Part shown: piece after piece, positions 22,617 through 32,439 of the stretch
Layout of the letters: every line of letters begins with the position of its first letter
Numbering within the stretch: the stretch's first letter is position 1
Assembly (NCBI GenBank): GCA_904063045.1
Contig: CAJFCJ010000095.1
Location: 1-40,213 of the forward strand
Direction of reading: 5' to 3'
DNA: 40,213 bases
Source: Dimorphilus gyrociliatus
Lineage: Eukaryota; Animalia; Annelida
Made by a program: the position numbers and the translations under genes
The notes under the pieces: model-generated
The model's database searches: none
Seen by the model: only the letters and a program-made list of their open reading frames with translations
What the model was told of the DNA's origin: nothing

Positions 22617-23617
22617 CTATTTGAGAAAAAGGTGTAAATTTATGGTCATTATCATTTGCATAACTATTATTGTTATCAAATCTTTTTTTGAATTGCTTGA
22701 ATTCATTTTCATCTTCTCTCCTTGCATTATTAAAGTAAATTTCTGCTCTTTTGCCAATTTAATATATTGGATTACTGAGCTAATTTTTCCATCTTTTTCC
22801 ACATGGTTCACAATTTTTCCTTTTAGACCATTCCTGAATATACTAAGGAGTTGCAGTTCTCTAACTCTCTCAGTAACACATACCATCTCAGTAGGTTTGA
22901 ATGGTAGGAATTTCTCTACAAGTTCTTTACTTCTTCTAACAAAACTTTGAACAGTTTCATCATTGAACTGTCTCAATCTATCAATATCTTTTTTATAAGC
23001 CATAGGATCTGGATTAAATTCTTCATCCAATGCATCCCAAATTTCATTTTCAGTTGCCCTAGAGGGTAAGCTTTCAATTACATCTCTGGCTCTTCCAGTA
23101 GTGTATTTTCTCAACATTCGAATTCTCTTTCCTCTGTATCCCAAAGGTTTAATTCACAAGCAGTTTGAAAGTTCCTCTTAAAGGCCCAAGTATCTTTGCT
23201 ACCAGAAAAAGGTCTTAGCAAAGTAGTATTAGGTTTCTCATTAGCATCAATTAGAAGACTTGCAATTGTCTTTTCCAAAGCATTATCTTGAATGCCATCA
23301 TTATTGAATTTTGGTTGAGTAGGATAAGGGTTCTCCATACCTTCAGGAATTATAGCTGCCCCAGTCATCAAATGGTATTTCAAAAAACTATTACCATCAA
23401 CCTTGGCTCCACTACTTTTAATTCTCAACATTAATTCATTTATTTTAGTAAGATACTCATCTATTTCTTTGCCTCTGGTCTTGTCATTTTCAAAAACCAA
23501 AATATCATTCATTGTAGAAGTGTTGTGGGCTGTCGACTGCGCCATATTTGTACTTTGTTGTATTGTAATTGTAGGAAGTCCTAGCTCGTCACTATCAAAT
23601 TCGTCCTCTCCAATCAT
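22617..23617 (-). CDS. gag: Gag of copy B (one frameshift at about 23130)
   Basis: ORFs 23111-23617 and 22617-23144 align end to end with the copy A gag. One A is missing in an A-run. Confidence 0.9.
23530..23544 (-). promoter_or_regulatory. Primer-binding site complementary to the tRNA-Ser 3' end
   Basis: TGGCGCAGTCGACAG, 4 nt after the LTR end. It resembles the tRNA-Ser PBS used by several Drosophila gypsy-group elements (TGGCGCAG...). Confidence 0.8.
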
Positions 23618-24500
23618 TTACCAATGTGCCAAAGTACTGGTCCAAATAGAACCTTTCAAGTTCGTCCACAAGTAGTCTTAATAAATGTAATTCCAGTAAA
23701 AATTAACCAACAAACACCAGTATTTCATTCAAAGAATATGTATTTGAGTAAATGAGTTTCTAGTTCTAAACAAGCAAGTTTGAACAACCAGCTGATGGTT
23801 AGAAAACTGAACTGACTACTGTTAAATTCGTAGGGTTTATATACTTTTCCAATAGTTCACAGTTCACAGATAAAAATATTCACACAAACAAATGTAACAA
23901 TTTGGATAAAGGGAAAGTTCAAATATACTTCCATGTTTGTTACTTTTTCTTTATCTTGGAGAACTTTTGCTCCCTATTTTAGTAGGTCAGAAAGTTGCCT
24001 AAGATGTAACAATTATTAATAGAAGTTGGATTGATTCCAAAACACAAAAATAGGAAAAGGTCAACTTGATGCCGTTTAATATACAACAAATTATTAATAA
24101 TAATTGTTTGTGTAAGATAATATGTTTCTGTGTAAAGGACTGGTAGGATAAAAGTATTAAACTTAATCATCCAATATAGTATTGTGCATACAATACTGTT
24201 GAAAAGTGACAATAATCTAAAAGCTCCAAATATAAATAGAATAGTGGAAGATATAATTAATATTCATTAAATATGATGTGTATAATAATTTGGGTTAACA
24301 TCTAAGTTGTAAAATACTTTTACAACTTGGTTTAAATAGTGTATGTTGTAGTTTTAGGTGTGTAGAGTACTCTATAATACTCTTTCAATATTGCTTTCCA
24401 TTGATGAATGAAATGTAACAATTTGGGTGTATTGTGTGAATTTGTGAGCCTGGTTACGAGCTTATGTGTTTAGTACCTACAAACTGCCTAAATGTGTACA
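23549..24500 (-). repeat. 5' LTR of copy B (952 bp)
   Basis: TGTAC...GTACA termini, boundaries fixed by the solo LTR, TATA-like GTATATAAACCC inside, followed by the PBS. Confidence 0.95.
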
Positions 24501-26733
24501 TACAAGTACCAGTTTTTTTCAGGTCAGCCATTTTGAATTTGTTTGTTGATTACTTGATAAGAGAATCTTGAAATAGTATTATAAATATTTGTTTCAAAGT
24601 TTTCTGCTGCTTTTCAAATAATAAATTAAACATTTGAAATCTGCACATTTTGAAATATGGCAATCAAGTGCAAAATTGCAAACTTACAGTTTATGGAAGA
24701 CAGAAGAGAAAATTCTGTTTGCTATGTAATGAGCTTCTTCATGGAAAATGTATCATCAGTAAGAATTTTGTAATTCATCTGGTCAATTGTAAATATACAA
24801 GTACTTCCTTTCAGATTCCAGGCTGTCAGTTTGTCTGAATTGTGAAAAAAGACAGTGTCTTCTTCAAATGACAAGACTAGAAGATCAAGGAATCAAAGAA
24901 AGAGTTGCAATGGATGAGAATGAAGATGAAAAGATTGATGAAGAGACAACAGATAACAGAAAAGGTGATGATCTTAGAGATTCTTATACAAATAATGATG
25001 AAATATCATCAGTCAATGCTGTTGACACTTTCCAAGAAGTTATGGATAATGATTTTCAAATAATTAGTGGTGGAAGTCAACTGGGAAAGGACATTCTGAT
25101 ACACAATGGATTTTCATTCACACTCAAGGCTAAAACTTCTAAAAGTAGCATTTGGGTGTGCAGTAAAAGAACTAAAAAGCAGAGATGTCCTGCAAGATTT
25201 CGCCAACAAGGAAATTCATTTATAAAGGGAAGCAAAAAACACATTCATGGAGCCAATCAAAGTTTATCATCCAATATATCAATCAGGAAAGATTTAAGGG
25301 ATATGTGCCTAACTGACACACATGCAAGTGGAAGAAGATTAGCAGAAACAGTTCTGTTGAAACACCAAGAACAAACTGACTCTCTGCCAAATATTGACTA
25401 TTTGAAAAGAGTTGCAAATTTTACCAGACAGAAACTTAGGCCTAATGACCCAAAAGAAGTGGACTTTGATTTAAATAAGAATTTCATTCCTGATGATTTC
25501 TTAAAAGATGACATTTATGAAAACAACAATAGAATCTTGATTTTTGCCACAAATCATCAGCTTGATTTACTTGGTAAATCAAATCATTGGTTTATAGATG
25601 GAACATTCAAGATTGTGAAAGATCCATTCTATCAACTAATATCTATTCATAGCTATGTGAAAAAGAATGGTGCAATGAAACATGTTCCCCTGGCTTTCAT
25701 TTTTATATCATCAAAGCAAAAAAAATATTATAAAAAGGCATTCAAGGTATACATTTTAATAGTTCATTAACAATTTTTCTGATACCCAATTCACACTTCA
25801 GAGCATCAGAAACTTGACCTCAATATCACAACCTGAGAAAATAACAATGGATTTTGAGATGAGTTTGTGGAAAGCTGTCTCTAAGATCTATCCAGAATCA
25901 GAAATTCATGGTTGTGTTTTCCACTTCACCCAGGCAATCTATAGAAAAATTCAGGTACAAGATATTAATAAATATGATACTTTTCAACTTTTAGTAAATT
26001 CTCTTTTTAGTCTCTTGGCTACTCTGGAAGATATATGGAGAAAGGAGAGGACTGGAGAGACCTGAGGAAGTTGATGGCTTTACCTTTTCTGCCTGCAGAT
26101 ATTATTACTCCTACATTTTTTAGCTTGAAGAGTCAGCTGGAAGAAAAGAGAAAATTTTCAGACTTGCTGGAATATTATGAAAATACTTGGATTTTGAATT
26201 CTACTTGGAAACCATTGAATTGGTCAATATTTGGATTATCAATAAGGACTAATAATAGTATGGAAGGATGGCACAATAGAATGAATAATAAAGTACAATC
26301 AAAAGGATCATTCTATTTGTTGATTGATGAATTGAAAAGAGAGGCTGATTTGGTTTGTATTTATGAAAAACTTCTCTCTGAGAAGAAGATTATCAAATAT
26401 CAGAGAAAAAAATATGGTGATATAGAGAAGAAAATATTTGAAATCTGGGATGATTATAAGGTTGGAAGGATATTAGCTGATGAATTATTAATCCAGACAT
26501 CTTATATTTATACTCCATAGTTGCTATTATCTATTCTTTTCTTTAGTTAACTTATAGTATAATACCTCTTCAATACATACATTATCATGTTTTTTTCATT
26601 TCTATATGAATCAACAATAACAGTTTTACTTGGTCACAGCAAGAGATTCACCACCAATGGGTACGATTTCACCTGGGTACGATTTCACCCACAATGGGTA
26701 CGATTTCACCCAGGTATGGTTTCACCTGTCACC
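24501..26733 (+). mobile_element. Mutator-like (MULE) DNA transposon; right terminus present, left terminus not found
   Basis: Transposase gene plus a right end with three GGGTACGATTTCACC units (26659, 26675, 26696) ending CACCTGTCACC exactly where a partial LRR unit starts. Confidence 0.8.
24657..26520 (+). CDS. PHD finger-FLYWCH-MULE DDE transposase (exons 24657-24758, 24815-25746, 25802-25954, 26011-26520)
   Basis: FLYWCH: HNGFSF...WVCSK...CPAR...KHIH. MULE motifs WFIDGTF, ITMDFE, GCVFHFTQA, LMALPFLP, IRTNNSMEGWHNRMN. GT-AG introns keep the frame. The PHD needs a 1-nt T restored at about 24676. Confidence 0.9.
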
Positions 26734-28030
26734 AAATGAACAAGTTCACCATCTCACAAAAACACAAAGGCAGTTTCCTTCTTTAAAGAGCATAGATTTA
26801 TCTGGCAATTGTGGCATTAATGAAGAATGTGAAAATATATTTGAAGCACTTACCTTATCATCACATTCTTTAAAATATATCTATCTGGCTAATTGTAACT
26901 TAGGAAATGAACAAGTTCAGTTTCTCACAAAAACATTAAGACAGTGTCATTCATTAGAAAGCATAAATTTATCTGGCAATTATGGCATTAATGAAGAATG
27001 TGAAAATATATTTGAAGCACTTACCTTATCATCACATTCTTTAAAAAATATCCATCTTGCTAATTGTATTTTGGGAAATGAACAAGTTCACCATCTCACA
27101 AAAACACTTAAACAGTATTCTTCTTTAAAGAGCATAGATTTATCTGGAAATTGTGGCATTAATGAAGAATATGAAAATATATTTGAAGCATTTACCTTAT
27201 CCTCACATTCTTTAAAAAATATCTATCTGGCTAATTGTATTTTGGGAAATGAACAAGTTCACCATCTCACCAAAACACTTAAACAGTGTTCTTCTTTAAA
27301 GAGCATAGATTTATCTGGCAATTATGGCATTAATGAAGAATGTGAAAAGATTTTTGAAGCACTTACCTTATCATCACATTCTTTAAAAAATATCCATCTG
27401 GCTAATTGTAACTTAGGAAGTGGACAAGCTCAGCTTCTCACAAAAACATTAAGACAGTGTCCTTCTTTAAAGAGCATAGACTTATCTGGCAATTGTGGCA
27501 TTAATGAAGAATGTGAAAATATATTTGAAGCACTTACCTTATCATCACATTCTTTAAAAAATATCCATCTGGCTAATTGTAACTTACGAAATGAACAAGT
27601 TCAGTTTCTAGCAAAAACATTAAGACAGTGTCCTTCTTTAAAGAGCATAGATTTATCTGGCAATTGTGGCATTAATGAAGAATATGAAAATATATTTGAA
27701 GCATTTACCTTATCATCACATTCTTTAAAAATATCCATCTTGCTAATTGTATTTTGGGAAATGAACAAGTTCACCATCTCACCAAAACACTTAAACAGTG
27801 TTCTTCTTTAAAGAGCATAGATTTATCTGGCAATTATGGCATTAATGAAGAATGTGAAAACATATTTGAAGCACTTACATCATCATCACTCTCTTTAAAT
27901 AATATCAATCTGCCAATTGTACTTTAAGAAAGAATAAAGTTCGGTTTGTCATTAAAGCACTGGAACCGTGTTCTTCAGTAGAAAGTATTGATTTATCTGG
28001 AAACTCAGAGATTTGTGATGAATGTTAAAG
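26734..28030 (+). CDS. RNI-like LRR array, about 7.5 near-identical 171-bp (57-aa, 28+29) units; 5' part displaced by the MULE
   Basis: The unit NEQVHHLTKTLKQCSSLKSIDLSGNCGINEECENIFEALTLSSHSLKNIHLANCNLG repeats at 26734, 26905, 27076 and so on. 1-nt deletions occur at about 27728 and 27912. Confidence 0.85.
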
Positions 28031-28434
28031 TATTTTTAAGGCAATTACCTCATCATTACTTTCTTTAAAAAGGTTCAAAAAACATCCACAAAAGAGAGCA
28101 AATGTTGAATTTGAAACAGTTAAAAAAATGTTGAAAAAATGAAAAAAAAACTTTTTCTTTTGAAGACTTTGTAGAAAAGTATTAATTTCATATGTATTGT
28201 ACAACTTTGGTTATATTTTACATGCTTGAACTCTATTATTTTATGCAACTTATACATGTACATCTTAAAACCTATGTAAGAAAATGCTATAACATTGGCA
28301 AACATAAGCCTGATTAGTCAGCTTGAAGGCTCATCTTTAATTACCAATAAAGGTTTGGCCAAGTTATAATTTAATTAACTTGCCTAGGGTGTGGCCAAGT
28401 TATAATTCAATTAACCTTCCTAAATATTCAACCT

Positions 28435-28823
28435 TGTAACATCCTGTTACTAAATATAAATATGAACTACACATTTCGGCAACTGTAAAGTGATGATTGG
28501 ATGTCAGAGGTAAACCTCAAAGTATATAAATCCGCACTATTCTCATTTGGCATGCAGCTTCCATCTGGACCCAAGGACCTGGGAAAATCATCTGGAAACA
28601 ACCTCCACTGGAACCATCCATCTACTCCTCAACATTGGAAGACAGTTTGGTAATTTGGCAACCTGCTTTTACAAACTATCTACTCTGCTATCGAACTCTC
28701 ATATTGTTACTTGCTTAAGTATTATTATTTCGAATAAACCGTTTTAATTTAAACATTTGTTTAAAGGTTCGAGTAGAAACAGTATTGTTAAAACACATAG
28801 ATTTTGCCAGCAAGAGCAGTACA
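28435..28823 (+). repeat. LTR-like repeat (family C)
   Basis: TGTAAC start, GTATATAAATCC, AATAAA, GTACA end. Homologous to 1235-1440 and, inverted, to 30076-30313. No TSD found. Confidence 0.55.
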
Positions 28824-29039
28824 GTATAATTAAATATATCTTCAAAAAAGCTGACTTTGATAGCTAAACTGAAGGGACAGAAAATGTCCAGAGAGTGTCA
28901 GAAAGCATCCATAGAGTATTAAAAATCAATTAAAGAAGAATAGAGAAGATGAAATGAATATCAAATGTGTGGCTAGCAAGAATTGATATTGAAAAAGATA
29001 AGAAATTTATTGAAACTACAGAAGAGGTAAGGTTCTCTT

Positions 29040-29795
29040 TCTCTGTTTACCAAATGGCAGTAAAAAATGAAAAGATCTTCTCATCCACAAAGGATATACT
29101 TTTAACATAAAAATGAAAGGAAAAACAGCTACAATTTGGGCTTGTTCTGTTCATAATAAAATAGAAAGTGTTCTGCAAGTATCGATCAAAAAGGAAGCAA
29201 TTTTGTAGTTGGTAAAATGAAACACAATCATTCACCATTGAAAAATGCAGAAGAGCAGATTATAATTAGAAAAGATATCAAAGAGAAGTGCTTTAATGAT
29301 AATAAATCATCTAGAAAAAGGATTGCAGATGACATTCATTCAAAATATCCATATGGGAATTTACATAATTGCAAAGAAGTAGCTAACTATAACAGGAAAA
29401 AAAATAGACCAGCTAAGCCTAATGATGTCAACTTTCAACTTCATTTGACTTTTATACCATTGGGATTTCTAAAGAAAGATAAAGAGTAGCTTTTGGCCTC
29501 CAGAAACTTGGTCTGTTTTTAACCAATCAATTAGAACAAGTGAAGGATTCCATAATAGACTCAATAAAAACATTGGAAAAAATTCATCATTATACACAAT
29601 TATTGATTAACTAAAGAGAGAGGCTGAGTTAATTTCTGTATATGAAAAATTATTAAGTGAGAAGAAGATATTGAGAATGCAAAAAAAAGGCTACACAAAA
29701 ATTCAAACAGAGCTTTTTTCCATTTGGGAAAACTTCAAAGTTAGTGATGTTACAGCAAGTCAACTTGTTGAGATGTGTTCTGCTTTATATTATTA
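29040..29795 (+). mobile_element. Internally deleted MULE relic (FLYWCH + C-terminus, DDE core missing)
   Basis: GYTFNIKMKGKTATIWACSVHNK..CSASI...KHNH, then RPAKPNDVNF...FLKKD, joined directly to FWPPETWSVFNQSIRT..EGFHNRLN...LKREAELISVYEKLLSEKKI. The last part is homologous to 26200-26500. Confidence 0.8.
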
Positions 29796-29938
29796 AATAT
29801 GTGCAGTATTAATTCAAAAATGTTCAAGCCATTTGAAGAAATATCTTCTAAATGAATTTTTTTACTTGCAATTTCATGGTTTTCATTTTCTCAGATCATT
29901 AGTATTTAATCAATTAAGTAAAATATATTAACTCATTT

Positions 29939-30396
29939 TGTACTTTGTTGTATTGTAATTCTAGGAATTTCTGGTTTGTCACAACTGTAATCATCCTTTG
30001 CAATCATTTACCAATTTGCCAAAGTACTCACACAAATAGTTTACAAACTTCAATGTTCACAAAAACAAAAGTAATGTGCTGCTCTTGCTGGCAAAATTTA
30101 TGCATTTGCAAGTTATAACAATACTGGTTCTATTCAAACCATTAAACAAATGTTTAAATTAAAACGATTTATTTGCAATAATAATACTTAAGCAAGTAGT
30201 AATATGAGAGTTCAATGATGAAGATGCCTGTAGAATGAGAATAATGAGGATTTATATACTTTGAGGTTTGCCTCTCATATTCAATCATCACTTTACAGTT
30301 GCCGAAATGTGTATTTCAGTTAGTAAATTTAGCATCAGTATATAAGGAGGAACTATATCTGATTAATGCATATTAAGTAGAACAGTATTGTGTATG
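29939..30396 (-). repeat. Mosaic LTR fragment (copy A-type segments plus a family C segment)
   Basis: 29939-30030 matches A 11618-11707 including the GTACA end, 30040-30075 matches A 11358-11397, 30076-30313 matches C, and 30315-30396 matches A 11080-11157. Confidence 0.75.
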
Positions 30397-31059
30397 AGCC
30401 TATGTATTTTATTTTGGGTGTAGGAGAAAACATTGACAAGAGAAAATGATTTTCTGGCTAAAATATTATCTGCAAAGGATATTTATCAAATTCAATTATA
30501 AACACAAATAAGAAATAACATTATATCACATTTATAAAATATAATCTACAGATTAGGGCTTTTTGTTACTGCATAACAGCATCTGTTATTAAATAAAAAG
30601 TAACCTTTTTGAGATACATCTCTTTAATGTTTTCTGTTCCTTTGTCAATTCCATTGCGGCTCCATCTAATATGCCCAAAGAATCTATTTCTTATGAAATC
30701 TATCCTTACAAAATAAGATTCTTTCTAAAGTTCTAGATTCTAATTCTATGATATAAAAGTCTTTTTAAAGTTCCATCAGTCTAATTCCTTTAAAAAAGAA
30801 GCATTTTTAAAGTTCCAATTCTATTATTCATACATAATAAAAGTCTTACTAAAGGTCTATGATATCTAAAGTCTAAAAATCATTATGTCATCATTTCTAA
30901 GTGTACAGGCAGCATAAAGAAAAATGTAAACTATGCAACCATTTAGTATTGAAAGTAAGTTTAAATTCAATTTTATAAGAGATGACATCATTATATTATA
31001 TAATAATTGCATTAAATAGAAAATCATTACTTTCTTTGCAACATTTGCCAAGATATTCC

Positions 31060-31560
31060 TAAAAAAAGACATTTTGTAACATTACAATATCTCTCTACCA
31101 GCCAAATCACTAGAGTCAACTCTGAATTGGAAAATGAAGTAGAAGTAACAGCTGAACAATCAAATGCTGATGGTATAACTGAGAATAATGTTGTTGATAA
31201 TGGTTCAGATATTGTGATGAGAATGAAAAACAATATGATGGAAATATCAGACAAGATGTTGAGGATAATTATGTTCTTGTTGAAAACAATTGTACAGAAA
31301 TAATGATTGGATGTAATATCGAAGTAAGAACGGAAATTTTTCTCAGAATTCAACTAATTTAATGGAAACTATACACATAGATATTCTGACAATTCTATAA
31401 ATTTACTGTGAAACACAAAGAAGATACTTGGTTAAATAATGATTTATTCTGTCCTTCCAGATTGTCTGTATATGGTTTGGTGATTAGGACAAACAATCAT
31501 TAAGAGAATTTCATAGAAGACTCAATTCAAAAATAGCAGCCAACTGATAGATGCCCTTCA
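31060..31560 (+). mobile_element. Highly decayed MULE transposase fragment
   Basis: EDTWLNNDLFCPSRLSVYGLVIRTNNH*ENFHRRLNSK (about 31415-31540) matches the MULE WSxxxxxIRTNNxxEGxHxRLN motif. An acidic linker-like frame lies upstream. Confidence 0.55.
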
Positions 31561-31859
31561 AATTAAGCATTTGTTTAAATGTTAGACTAGAACCAGTACA
31601 ATACCACTTTTATGGCCAATATTCTTTTTTGATGCAATTTGGGAGCTGATTCATTAAATTTTCAAGAAAAAACTGTTATTTTCTAAAAAGATGTGAACAT
31701 AGATATAATGATATATGAATACTTAGACTTTAGATATAAGGAAACATTAGAAAGATTTCTATTTCATAGAAATTACAATGGTGTAACTATAGAAATACTT
31801 ATATTTTGTAAGAAATAGACTCTTTGACCGCAACAGATGGTGGCTATTTGGGAATTAAC

Positions 31860-32180
31860 AAAGAAATAAAGACCATGGAAAAGATGCATGGCAAACACCT
31901 GATGCTGAAGAGGCATAATTGATAATCAGAGAACTATTGATCATCATTACTTCATTGTGTTATATACATCTGACTCTAGAGGAAAGCCAAAAGGTGTACA
32001 ACATTCTACAGATATGATATATGGTATACTGTATGAGCAATATTCATTTGAGAATAATTAATACGAATCGCAATGAAACCTATTTTGTTCATCTATCAAA
32101 TTTTTATAGGATTTACTACATTTATTCTTGTGTGTGAACATCTGTTAGCATTAAACTCAACCATGAATATATTCCAGTCT
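31860..32180 (+). pseudogene. Decayed AMP-binding (acyl/acetyl-CoA synthetase-like) fragment
   Basis: FIVLYTSDSRGKPKGVQHST (motif at 31960-32004) resembles the YTSGSTGKPKGV signature, with stops nearby. 32036-32140 is duplicated at 35707-35810. Confidence 0.45.
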
Positions 32181-32439
32181 TAAAAAAATGTTATTAATAG
32201 ATATTTTTTCCTGGTTAACCACAGAAAATTTTATTGTTTTAAACAGCTGTTACCCTAAACGCGGGAAAATACTCTGGAAAATTTGCATATATAAGTTTAA
32301 AGTCTGTATAATTATAACACAGACAGATAAAGATATTTGAATAAAGAGCACAACATTGGCTTTGTTCTTTTGCATATTCTTTTTAACATTTCTAAAATAT
32401 TTCCAACCAACTATTCAGCTTTAATTTTTCCAATTGAAA

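Larger units (their letters stand above)
20988..24500 (-). mobile_element. Ty3/Gypsy LTR retrotransposon copy B: 5' LTR, PBS, gag, protease, acidic spacer, start of RT; truncated by the gap
   Basis: Colinear with copy A and additionally carries the aspartic protease. Frameshifts are mostly 1-nt losses in homopolymers relative to copy A. Confidence 0.95.

Noticed and set aside
14845-24500. A single 9.6-kb element with 14845-15797 as the 3' LTR of copy B
   Set aside because: The outer flanks differ (AATGG vs TACAA), the solo LTR has its own TSD, no polypurine tract precedes it on the minus strand, and no RH or integrase lies in 15.8-20.4 kb.
26659-26726. CRISPR-like or iteron-like short repeats
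   Set aside because: The spacers are 1-6 bp, the context is eukaryotic, and the repeats are explained as transposon subterminal repeats.
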